Positions 28,201-40,445 of a DNA stretch of 47,686 nt are shown in pieces. Position 1 is the stretch's first letter, and each line of letters begins with the position of its first letter. The notes beneath the pieces were generated by a model, which saw nothing but the letters and a program-made list of their open reading frames with translations, was not told the DNA's origin and made no database searches. The position numbers and the translations under genes are program-made. The stretch is from Paramecium tetraurelia (Eukaryota): contig CT868019.1 of the NCBI GenBank assembly GCA_000165425.1, positions 620,001 through 667,686 on the forward strand, in the 5' to 3' direction.

Positions 28201-30233
28201 AACGAAAGTTTCATTCAAGAAATCAATAAGAGTTTTATTCACAAAAACTTTCCTAAGTGGATATTTAAGCTTTGATTTCAGAAAAAAAATTAGATTTACC
28301 TTATGATGATGAATAGTAATAACAGCTAAAAATGGATTAATTATCTGATAAGTCTTCAATAGAGGATGAATAAAAAAAGAAGTTCATGAAAAAGTTTGAA
28401 CTCGTTTAAAAATTAATGGTTTACAAAAGACCGCTAAAACTAATTGAAATTTTATCTCTTCTAACACTCTAAAATATAATCTTTACAATATTTTCTTTAA
28501 TTGCTATTACTGTGATGTTTAATGACTTATCTTAAGTTCTTAAAGAAATAGACACAATATCTTTACATTCAAGTTTAATGGTTAAACATGACATATACTT
28601 TTCAATTAGAGCAACAATCAAAATTTATTAAGAATATAAAAAAAAATAAGTCCTCCTGAATGTAACAAATTTAATATCGCCTTTCTACAATCATTTAACT
28701 GAAGCATACATAGATTATTAAAATGATTTATACAATTAGTTTTAGAATCTAAATTTATAACCTTCTCTTGATGATTATTATATAATGATTTATTAATTAG
28801 AATCATTAGATAATTATTAATTGTTAGAGAAGAATGTAACCGTTAGGGAAGCCCTAATAGTTTATCTTCAATATGAATTTGCTGTTTTGGATGCTTTTAT
28901 AAATTAGAAGGACATCTCAAACTCAACCTTTTAAGTGTTTTTATTTACAAATTTTGTGAAATTGCATCAATATTTGGAGGATCTCACTTAAAATTTACTT
29001 TCTGAATCAACAAACAGAAGTCTTAGTGTCGCCAATAAATGGATGCTGATTTGGATTTTCTTTTAAATTGGAGCCCTGATTTTAGCAATTTTTAATTTTT
29101 ATTGCTACTACAATTACATAACATTTTATGATAAATTTTTATTAACTCTAAAATTTATTGAATCGGACTTGGTGGCTTAAGAAATAGAGAGATACAAAGA
29201 AATGATAAAAAGACTTAAAGATAATGGTAGGCATGTTTTTGAATACAAAATTGATTTGGATTCAATCCAACAATATAAAACAAATAAACGATAATTATCA
29301 ATTAAAAACAAAGAAATTATAAATAAAAAAGTCATAAAATTAAGAAGGTTTTCCTCATTTATGCTCATATTTGTTTTGAATTTAATATTTGGAGGTTACT
29401 CTGCAATAATTAATCAAAGAACATAAATATATTTAAACAAGTATGTAAAAACAGCCTAGTAGCACGTACTAATGTAGTACTAAACGCCTTGTCTAGGTGT
29501 GGTGAAAATTGCTTTTTATATAAAGAAATATTGGTTGGCTTTAATAACTATACTTTTTATTTTTAAGAAGATAGAGAAAATATGTATCAGATGCTTTTCA
29601 ATTCATAAGATTCTATTTAGTAATACTTAAACTTAAGTAATTCTTTAGACTTTAACTCCTATCTTGCTACAGATTCTTTTATAATACTTTTCAATGATTT
29701 AAAAACTAATTCCTTATGCTCATATTTTACTTAAGTATGTAAAAAATTATGATATAGGAATATTTACATCCATACTGCTAATTATCATTTGACGGTGTAT
29801 TATCCTAAGGGTTAGTCTCTTCCTTAAATTACATATAAACTATACTCAGTAAAAACATAATAAGCTATTAATAACTTCACATGTTAAAACTGACTATAGT
29901 TTATATGAATAAGAAGGAAGTTACTAATAATTACAAGAGCATTCCTGAATATGTCTTTAACTTTTAAAGAAGACTTAACATAGCTTACATAAAATCAAAC
30001 TGACTTAGCATATGTATTAATTCGCATTTTTTATTTAGAATTTATCAATTGCATTTTTTATATACTCATTCATCGTCACATTTTGCTTATTATTTTATTT
30101 AAAATAACATTTAACCAATGAATATTACATAATTAGAAGAATTATTAGCTTAATCCCAATAAATGCCATAATTTTTGACGAGACATTAGAAAGATATTTA
30201 AGGGAGATAGCATTGCATCAAGAATTATTATGA
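25214..30233 (+). pseudogene. PAS-domain multi-pass membrane protein (tiny-macrocyst TmcB/C-like ciliate family), disrupted
   Basis: N-terminal hydrophobic segments; PAS-like LDDLLPKFLIKYHPSLMENFLITGHSKFF (~27297-27385); YCQLSFDGVLSQGL; C-terminal TM then RRIISLIPINAIIFD; TGA 30231-30233. In-frame TGA at 26086 and several frame breaks. Confidence 0.72.
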
Positions 30234-31075
30234 AATATAGTTTGTATAGAAAAAAATATATTGTTTAAGGTTTTATTCAAAATTGTTAAATTTGCAAATC
30301 TCCTCCTATTCAAAGTTTGGTTGATTGATTAATTAAGGGTGTAAGATATCAATCATTTTTGAATAAATTAGTATGAAATAAAAATTTATTTAAAAAATAG
30401 ATTGGTTAATATAATTTAATTGATTATATATTTAATAAATTTTAAAGTCAGTTAGAACATTATTTAACAAAAAGTCTAAAAAAATCAATTATAATATACT
30501 AATAAAAAAATATCTTCTATCATTTCATTCTTAAAAGAGGTAATACATTATTTGCTATTAAGAGTTCTAATATTGTGAGTCAAATCTATTAAGAATTTGT
30601 ATCGCGTTGAGAATTTACTAAGACAAGCAATTCCCTTTCAAAGTTAAACTGAAATAGTTTGGCATAATCTAGTTTTTCACTTGATCATCCTTCGCTATAT
30701 GCACATTTCTAAGATATAATTTTCATTCAATGATATATATATAATAATTGTTAAATTAAAAGTATTGTTTGAGTGAAATAAAAAATTTGGTAGTTAGAGG
30801 AAAACTTAATTAATTTCTGAGAAGAATTCAACATTAGTGAGGGTAATTTCTTAATTATGAAACCCTTGGGGCTTGTTAAGCTTTGATTAAAACTTCTTAA
30901 TTAATAGAAATGATGATCAATGATAGAAATAACTTTGTTTGTATTTTCAAGTGTCAAAAAATGTAATTTACTTTACGATTTATTTTATAAAGATATTGTG
31001 TGATATAATATAAATGATATTATAAATAATGATTATATTCATTATATTTTATAAATAATGAATAATTAAGCTATA

Positions 31076-32676
31076 TCACACATTTGCTTATTTATCTTCT
31101 AATTCGATTAGGGTTTTTAGTTCGATTTAATTTTGCGATTCCACTCTTTAAATGATATTTTTCGATTCCAACTCCCAATCAACAGTAAATAAAATAAAGA
31201 GGTCCAATATAGCTAAAATTAAATTTGCTATTCCAAAACCTTGCCAAATACCAATTACTCCTTGATCTAGCCCCCATTTATATGCGAAAAAGGATACAAT
31301 AGGAAGGCAAATTATGTAATAAGCTAAAATTGTTGAGTACTTGATTATGAATAAATTTAATACAAAGACAAGATTAATTTTATTAATTCCTTTCAATGCT
31401 CCACTCAGTGTTCCTTATAAACCGTCGACAATGAGCATTCCTCCTATCATCCATGGAATAGTGTCTAAAAATATCTATTTAGCACTCAAAGTGAACTCAT
31501 CTTCATCTGAATTCGATGAATAAAAATTTGCTAGTGATTCTCTTTGACTCCAAATTAAAAAAGATGAAAACGCGCATGCAATAACAAAAATTATAACTCC
31601 TAAGAAAACATAGATTTTTGCTAATTTGATGTTTCCTTTACTCATTTCAGTTCCCACAAAAGTCATCAATGCAATAGATAAACAAATTGGAATTCCTATA
31701 ATAATTCTTTAGTTTATACTAAAATAAATTCCACACATATTTTATAAACCCATATGAGCATTCATTTCTGAAATCCCTAAACTCAATGCAATAAAAGATA
31801 GAGTAAAAAAAACAAATAGCTCTGAAAATATATGCAAAACTATAGGAACTGAAGTTTTGATATATTGAAGTCCTAATTTCTTAAACCTATCTACATCAAG
31901 TAAGAGTTTTGTTCCATCAAATATTTCCTTTTTTAAATCAGTATTCTCAACAAAAACTAAATTATAATACTGATGTTTTACGGACTAGTCCTAAAATGTT
32001 CAAGATTTCTGTTATAATTATTACCGCTCCTGCTCCTGGCACACCCCATTAAAACTACACTATAAAAATCCAACAAAATAACCAATGAGTAATTAGAGTA
32101 CAAAAGTGGATTATTGTAAAAGGGTATGTTACTTTATGCGCTACCATAAAACATTTTACGCTTTCAAATATAAATGCCAGAATAAAGGCTGGTATCAAAT
32201 AATATAAAAATTCTTAAGAGTAATCTGATGTTTATTATCGTTAATCTTCTGCCATAATTAAACTTAAAGGGTATTTTAAAACTAAAAGTAAAATTCCCAA
32301 AGGGATTAGTGTTGCAGGTATCACATAAAGGTTTAAATTAAAGTACCCTTTTGCAAGAGATATTTTATTCGCTCCCAATGCTTATGATGTATGCATGTTT
32401 AATGATTAATTAAGTCCAAAACCAAATGGTGTTAATATTATGTAGACGCAAGTCAATGCAAAACCATAACCAGCATTTGCTATTGGGTTTATTCTACCTA
32501 ATTGATATAGCATACTCTTATGAAATATAATGTAAACTAATTGACACACACACATCCAAACAAATATAACCAAACACTGTTTAAAAAGTACATCTAACTA
32601 AATTCAAAAATAATTAAGATATCGACTCCTCGCAATCATTATCATTTCTCTTCACTTTATCCTATGATTGAGCCAT
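31076..32676 (-). CDS. MATE family multidrug/toxin efflux transporter
   Basis: ATG 32676; AGYGFALTCVYIILTPFGFGLNQSLNMHTSQALGANK; MTFVGTEMSKGNIKLAK; VDGLQGTLSGALKGINK; AYYIICLPI..GVIGIWQG; short introns near 32110-32130, 31970-31990, 31697-31718; TGA 31076-31078. Confidence 0.92.
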
Positions 32677-32921
32677 TTATTAATAATAATATGTGTATAT
32701 AAAGGAATTATATTTGAAAATATAGTAATTCTTTTTTTAACTAAAAATATAGAATTGATAAAAATCTACAATTTTAATTTAATAACATTTATATACAACT
32801 AATAAAAAATAGTGGTTTTTATATAGATTATGTAATTATCTTTATACCAATTGATATTATAGATGTAAAGAAGGTAAATTATGATTTTTGAATAGTTAAT
32901 AGTTAATTCATAACTTAAATT

Positions 32922-33980
32922 TCATATATTTATTTATTCCATTAATAATGGAATTGATATTGATTCTAATCCAATATATTTCCTTACTTGAAGACAAAAA
33001 GAAGTGTTATCCCAGGTTACTAAATATTTCCAATCTTTGCTTATTGCTCCACAAATAAACCTTAAAGGATTCTCTTATATAGAATTATTAAAAAAGATAA
33101 CTTGCTCTATATTGAACTCTCCTTTCTCTAGATTGTATAATTTTATTATCTTTAGAGAATTACCATTCTGAAATAAAAGCAGTCTTTTCTCATGATTGTA
33201 AAAAAGTGGAAAAGATCCTATACAACCTTAGCTATTGTCGCTTATTTATATGCTGTAATTCATAGAGTACTGTTCATTTTTTTTGTCTAATTTATAAACC
33301 CATATGTTTTCGGAGCTCTAATCCTTCAAAAAACCCTAATAAGGTTAAAATATAAACATTTCGTTTGTTATAAAAAGAATGTTTGGGCCTTCTTTATTAA
33401 TATATATTTTCTACTTTACAATCCAAAATGATTCCTATTACATCAGAACTAATATTAATTAATCCATCCCAAGAGAGATAAGTGTACTACCATCTTCACT
33501 TATAGATAATTTTATAACAGATTATTTGTGATAATTTATTGTTTGAAAACAATGCTTCTTAGATATTTTTGATTAGATTCTCCAAAATTTGATTGTACGG
33601 TCTTTACTACTAGATATAAACATTTCTTAGTCAATTGGATGCGACACAATATGATTAATTGAATCCATATGACTTGCTAATTTTATGATGTATTTAGGAT
33701 TTGACATCAAATGAGCGGAAATTATTGCGATCTTCATATCATGAGAGCCAGACAAGAAAAATGATTTTTTTTACATTAGACTTAGAGATGTAACAAAATC
33801 TTAATGGTTGAAAAGTAGATTTAATGTAATAAGGGCTCTATTTTTTAATTTGAATACCTTGATGGCATATTTATGACCTACCAAAAGGAAATTATATTTT
33901 TCATCTATTGCAATAACTCCGCACCATTAATCTTAATAAATCGTATTTTCCTTCTCAAAGCTTTGATTGGTTGAGAACAT
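32922..33980 (-). CDS. WD40-repeat protein (352 aa, intronless)
   Basis: HQDFVTSL..FLSGSHD; SHMDSINHI..FISSSKDRTIKFW; LISLGMD; SKDWKYLVTWD; 1059-nt open frame ending at TGA 32922-32924. An alternative in-frame ATG lies at 34037. Confidence 0.88.
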
Positions 33981-34028
33981 AATAAAAATGAAAGTAGTTA
34001 ATTAAATGAATCCATTTACGCTATTAAA

Positions 34029-34058
34029 TAACTTCATATCAATTCTGATATGAAGTTA
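34029..34058. repeat. Perfect 13-bp inverted repeat with 4-nt loop
   Basis: TAACTTCATATCA-attc-TGATATGAAGTTA. Confidence 0.9.
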
Positions 34059-34470
34059 CAATTAAGATTTCTCCCTGACAATTCAACTTGTATTTTTTAG
34101 ATATATCATTCAATTAGTAGAAGATGTTTTATGCAACAAAACAAAAATTTGTATTACCGAAGGACTGAATCAAAAGGGGTTTAGAAGTGAAAACATAACA
34201 TTAAAAGTGTTCGATAGTGGATTAAAATCAAAATTTCCATGATTTTATTCCCTTAGGTGATGATTATTATTTCAATTAAACAATAAGAAGTCATAACCGA
34301 TAGAAGCAAGAATTAATTACATTTATTATTCTGCCTGAAAATTAAACAAAACTAGAGAAGAACATGATAAACTCAAATTGAACTCATAATCAAAATGTGG
34401 AAATGTTCAAAAAGAAAGGGTACAAAAACAAGAATAAAAAAACAAAATTCGTTTATCAGCCTTGAGAGAA
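34050..34470 (+). pseudogene. Short coding-like remnant divergent from the WD40 gene
   Basis: MKLQLRFLPDNST|intron ~34090-34117|LEDVLCNKTKICITEGLNQKGFR..., then frame breaks and TGAs. Confidence 0.3.
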
Positions 34471-34477
34471 AGAGTCA

Positions 34478-35338
34478 TCATTTAAAATCTCTGAAGATAG
34501 CTTCAGCTAATTAACGGAAATATAACAATAAAATATTTAGAAGGATTAATATTAATTCTGCAAATTGAATAAACTTATTTTATTTATTAAATGGAATTTA
34601 AATTAAATACTTCTTGTCTCGATTAGAAATCTTAAATAAAATCAAGTTTAGCAACCAATAATCAACATGATCAATTTCAGTTATTCGTTAACTTAACAAA
34701 AGCATAACCCATCCAATAAAATCCTTAACATTATGATCCTAATTGTTTAATTTATTCATGATAATAGGTTCAACATATTAATACAATGTAATCGTAGAAG
34801 GAGTTTTATTTGATGTACTGGCTCCTTGTGATTTATTAAATGATTTTATACCTAAAGAAACAGAAATAGAAGAATGAGTTTATATTTTATAATTAGCATT
34901 GAATAGATCAATATTAGATTCTCGTCTGCTAAATTTCTGATAGAAATTTTGAGTAATTTCATTTGCCAATAATTATATAGAACAGTAAAGAATTCTCAGA
35001 ATATTCTTAGAATCTTTATTTATTTTAAAGTTTAGGTTCCTATTCATAAATAGTTCAAAATTATAAGCATTTAATTTTTGATCTTAAACTTATTTAGGTC
35101 TAACATTATCATCCAAAGTCAGTAGAAAAGTATTTCCCTAATATCTTTCTCTAATGACCTCTATTAATTCATAAAATCCCTCTTTTAGAAATTAATTATT
35201 CATAAAACTCTCATAAACTTATATATGGTATTGAAATTTATATCCTAGTAATTTAATTAATTGATTTTTATAAACTCCTTTTAATATTTATTAATCTTGA
35301 GTGATTCGATACATTTTTGCGCGTGGCAAATATGTCAT
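34478..35338 (-). CDS. Hypothetical protein (~286 aa)
   Basis: ATG 35338 (MTYLPRAKMYRITQDQQILKGVY...) open for 861 nt to TGA 34478-34480; no recognisable motif. Confidence 0.55.
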
Positions 35339-36549
35339 AAACTTATACCTTTATAATGAAATTTGCAACAATTTAATCAATGAAAACTCTCAATTTTAGA
35401 CTCCAATTTGTTAATAATCAATACATCAAGTAATTAAAATAAATAATTTATGACTTCTAAGTAGATATTTAATTACTATACAATACTATTCTTAACCTAT
35501 TTATAGTTCAATAAATTTGTTTGAAATTAGTGATCAGTCAAAAGTTTAGATTCAATCTTGTAATTGGCAGAAAGAATAATATCTCAAACGAAGAAATATT
35601 CTAATTCAATGAATATTCATACAACATATTTTGTTTGCTTAGAGAAATAGAATTTTTGATAATCTTGTTATTGGCGTAGGAACAGTAATAAAAAGATAAA
35701 TAAGATCAAATTTAATAGAACTTACAATCGTAAACAATGAAATTATGTTATAAATTCAATTTCAATCTATTTTTTCTTGCTTATAGTTACTTATTGAGCT
35801 ATTTTACTAATTTTATTTTGATAAATGGGCTATTTGTCTTTTAGTCACACTCCCAAATAGCTGTGTAGTTAACTAGATCTAATTCAATTCAAATTTTATA
35901 AAGTCAACTACCAATTAAATAATTCCTTTATTAATATTAATATTTATATAGTTTAGTATTACATCAATATTAGGTGAAAATTAAAAAATATTTTTGTTAA
36001 AAGCACACTTAAAAATGAATATCTATGATTTTCCTACACTTATCATCCAATTTAATTTGAAGGCCAATAAAAGTTAATTATAAAAACTTATTAAAAAGAA
36101 TTTACAGTTTGTTACAGAAGAAAATAACAAATATTTTTCAATGGGATTAATATGATGATAATAAACAGAGTCCTAAGGAAGAATTTCCCTTATTAAGAAA
36201 TGAAAAAAACAAAAGGATGACTTCACTATAAAATTTTGCAAATAGTCCAAATGATTTTAGACTTGCTTTTGATTTATATTTGTTAATTTGTCCTGTTGCT
36301 CAATGAATTTGATTAGAGCGAATGAAATTATCAAATCTTAAATATCAATTTTTCAAAAATCATGTTATTGATAGAATGACAGTAGACGATGTATTAGAAG
36401 AATAAAAATAGAATTTTTGTTCGTCAATAAATGATTCATGATTTAAATTTTATTTTTTGTTTATCTTTTATCTTCGAAGTCATTTTTTATTTCTCTATTA
36501 GAATTTATTATTTTACTCTAAAAGATAACCGTCTCGTTTTAATCTGCGA

Positions 36550-36699
36550 NNNNNNNNNNNNNNNNNNNNNNNNNNNNNNNNNNNNNNNNNNNNNNNNNNN
36601 NNNNNNNNNNNNNNNNNNNNNNNNNNNNNNNNNNNNNNNNNNNNNNNNNNNNNNNNNNNNNNNNNNNNNNNNNNNNNNNNNNNNNNNNNNNNNNNNNNN
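36550..36699. other. Assembly gap (150 N)
   Basis: Run of N. Confidence 1.
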
Positions 36700-36729
36700 A
36701 CAATATTTCAGAATAACATTAATAATTTT

Positions 36730-38916
36730 ATGAAAAACTTTATTGGAAGGGCCCCTTCGTCCAAAAAAGTTTAATCATATCCAATAACTTTGTTGGATGG
36801 TACAAGTTCAATGAATTTTGAATACGATGAGATTTTGAAGGCTCACAAAAAAAATTTCGATGACCTCAACGACTAACAATTAAAAATTCAATTCACAGAA
36901 GACGTCCATGATTTTGAGCCTTTTATGGCAGCTGGGTCAGGTGACATTACTAAAGCATTCAAATATGTTTTAAACAAATTGTTGTCTGAATAGTTTCCAT
37001 AACATATAGTAATTATCTTTATAAGTGATGGCGATGAAAAATTCGTTTTGGATGAACTTGAAGACCTGATTAAAAAAATTAAGGAAAGAAATTATTAAAT
37101 TTAATTTGTTTCAATATCAATAGGAAAATGGTTTCCAAATACAATCTCAAATCAATTGAGAGCAAAACTTCATAATACAGAATTTATTGAACCTATTTAT
37201 CATCATGATAAAAACCCAGAACGCACAGAGGAAGAAATGTTTAATTTTTTTGACATCACTTTTCAAACTATTAGATCTTAATCTTTAGTGTACTAAGACA
37301 TATTGGAGACAGATAAGGAAGTAAAATTGACATTAATTTCTAATCCTTAAAATACCTTACCTGCTGGAGCACTATTTGTTTCTGAAGAGTAAGTTTGCAT
37401 CAATGGTTAACCAATCGAAACTTCAAATGATATAAGAGATAAGAAAGAAATATTAGTGAAATCTGCTCAATAGGCATTGATCTTATTTGCAAGTGATGTT
37501 GATGAAAAAGCATTAGAAAATTTTTAAACAATTAAGGATTTTTCTGATGAAGTAGTAAATGAAGCGAAATAAAACAATCAAAATTAGGGATAGACAGAAC
37601 AGGAGTAAAAGCTTGACATTCAGTTTAATAATGTTGTGCGAATCGTTAACTAATTTGCAGATGGAGATGTTGATATAGATCAATGCACTCCCAATACTTT
37701 AACAGATTTATAAGCTAAATTAGCAGATCCTAATGCTTCTGCTAGTATTTAACTGATATCACAATAGATATCAATTAGTGATAATGGAAAAGAATTAGAA
37801 CCTGACAATATTAATGCAATACAAAAGAAAAAATTAAAAAATGTTGGGTGTTATGCTAGAGCCCAAGCTAAAAGGAAATAGATTCAATAATTAGAATAAA
37901 CTTATGAGTCTGCATAAATCACAATGGCCAAAGAAATCATAATTAATGGATTAAAAAAATATAAGTCGTTATTCACTCAAAATTAAAAATAGCAAGATGT
38001 TCGTGAAATTCTTATTGAATACTATAAATCCACTCTTATTGAGCTTGATTCAGTTTTTGAAAGAGTCTAATTGGCTAATGTCGATGAAGAATCATATGAT
38101 CTATTAAAGGAGCTAAATCTGATGATGAAGGAAATTGATTCAGTTAGACACATTAAGAAAGCCTTGCCTCCAATGGAAGCTAATAAAATTCTTGATAATG
38201 TATTAGTTCATGCAGGCATTGGCATATAATAATCTATGGCAATTCCAGAGATCAATGATGAATTTGATTTTCTCCCTGAGTCACTTAAATCTCAAATTAG
38301 ACCAGAAAATGATGACAGGGAGAATTTTGTCGTTGCCATTTTTGACAACAATGACTCTATGAAAAATGAAATAGATTCAGCTATTAAGAATTTTAATTAA
38401 GAATTCCCTTAAAAAACCATTAAGTTATTTTGGTAAAACACAAAATTTTCTTTATTTGATTCCCAATAATAATATACAAGCTTAGTTGATATATTTAATG
38501 AGTTTGAATAGAAGAACTATGCTTTGAAGACTAAAAAAATCTGTATCTGTTTGATCACTGATGGTTTGAATGATTATGCTAAATTGCATAAACAACTGAA
38601 AAACCTTAAGCCAAATAGATATCTCATTAAACTATCATATGTTACTATAGGTTCATCTTTTCACTTTTAAATAACCAATGAGCTAGATAGAATGATGTAG
38701 AGCAGGAATCTTAAAGGTAGACCTTTAGTATTAAATGTGCCAAGGTAGAAGACTGTTGGAAATCTTAAAGGCTAAATATCTTAATTAACCAATTCTACAA
38801 CAGCTCTCAATATAGATTCTCATTTTGCAAAGCGATTCTAGGATTTGAGAAATCATCTCTTCCCTTAAGTCTAAGTTGAGAAGCATTAATGGAATAACAA
38901 AAGTTAGATATATTGA
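36730..38916 (+). CDS. Protein with two von Willebrand factor A (VWA)-like domains (728 aa, intronless)
   Basis: VWA1: ITLLDGTSSM..GDITKAF..IVIIFISDG..FVSISIG; VWA2: FVVAIFDNNDSM..ICLITDG..LSYVTIG; 2187-nt open frame to TGA 38914-38916. The 5' end lies 30 nt from a gap. Confidence 0.82.
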
Positions 38917-39316
38917 TATTTTTATATGCAATAAATTGTAATTGAAATTAAATATATTTTATTCATCAGAAGCTAATTAATCTTAATATTTTATTTAAAT
39001 TAAAGCCAAATTTGATTTAAATTTTATAAACTCTTCGTCCTCAATTTAATATTTACAATGAAATCTATAAGTAATCTTATAGAATTAGAACAACTCTTTC
39101 AACTTGAAAACAAAATATATAAAAAGGAACAACTAATGTATATTACTTATTATTTTTATAATTTTGTTATATATTGAAGAAAAATTGTTATATTGATGTA
39201 GTAGTTATTTATTTTTAAATATATATAATATAATTATCTAATTAATTCATTTAAGTTAAATTAAAAAAAACTTTTTGGTAATTAATAATAATGAAATTGT
39301 TTCAAAATAAAATCAT

Positions 39317-40445
39317 TCAAGATAATTATGATTCTATAAATTAGCCTTGCCTAATACCATTTTAATAGGTTCCAGTTTAGATGTATTTATAGTATCTAGA
39401 TTGTAATTAATAATATATTACATGTTAAATCCGTCATGTAAATCCACCCACAAACCCTCTTTCAAACCCTTTATATCATAATTTCCTCCTCCACTATATT
39501 ATTGAAGATACTAGTTATTACATGATTGTGTTATTTTCCAAAAAGATTGTATCCCATCGACCTACCTTAATATTGTTTTTATATTCTCCCCTGTATATAA
39601 CTTAACAGCAACTTTAAACTAATGATATTGATAATACTAATAGAAATTCTCATCTACTTCTATTCCTATTCCATTTTTCAGTCCATTCTAATCATAATCA
39701 GTACTTCCACTATATATTAAAAATTCTAAGTAATATTTTATACATAATTTTGTTTTAAAACATCGTATCCCATCTACCGATTTTATAATTGTTCTGATAC
39801 TCTCCTGTAAGAGTAACTTTACATGAGCTAATAATATGTTATGCATAATCACCAATAATAATTTTCGTATAAATCAATCCATAAACCAACTTTATTACCA
39901 TTCTAATAACTACCACCTCCTCTAAATTAAGTCTATTTGTAAACGATTACATTTTCTATTTTTCATAAAACGTATCCCATTTTCCTTATTTATATCCAAC
40001 TTAATATTCGCCAACATATGTAACAGGAGAGAAGCTGATTAAATTAACAATTAGTACTCCCAATAATTTTCAAACAATTCAATCCAATTTCCTATTTTCA
40101 AACCATTCTCATTATAATATCCTCCTACATCTAATTATTTTCCTTTCCAAAATGCTGTCCATTTACCAGTCTATATATTATTAATTCCAAACTCCCCTTC
40201 CCATTTAAGATGTTTTATTTATTCCAAGTTCTTCATGATAATGGGCTTATTCTTTTAATCAATTATTTTTTCTCTATCTCAATATGTTTACTCTTACATC
40301 CTTAATATATCTCCAAATTGATAGTAGATAAGTTCTGAATTACTTGTGAATTTTATTTAAAAAGTTGTTTTTTCAAATTACCAATAATAAGAATAAAACC
40401 CTTGTCTTCCTGTAATATCATATATTTTATCTAAACACCAGTCAT
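39317..40445 (-). CDS. Paramecium-type MORN-like repeat protein, intron-rich
   Basis: Repeats GGG.Y...G.K.G.W.DL.ENF..|.V.Y.GEY....K.G.WDT; introns 40274-40297, 40035-40057, 39922-39950, 39828-39852, 39710-39743, 39612-39637, 39494-39521, 39396-39421; TGA 39317-39319. First exon uncertain. Confidence 0.8.

Noticed and set aside
29441..29500. Retained IES in the PAS gene (TA-rich, locally palindromic, apparent frame shift)
   Set aside because: No convincing TAYAG-type inverted ends; a 20- or 23-nt GTA..TAG intron ending at 29496, or a small indel, explains the shift equally well.
35450..36420. Protein kinase remnant (IYDF, DRMTVDDVLEE)
   Set aside because: No intact HRD, DFG or APE motif; too degraded to assign.
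36431..36733. 100-aa ORF across the gap
   Set aside because: Artifact of translating the N run.
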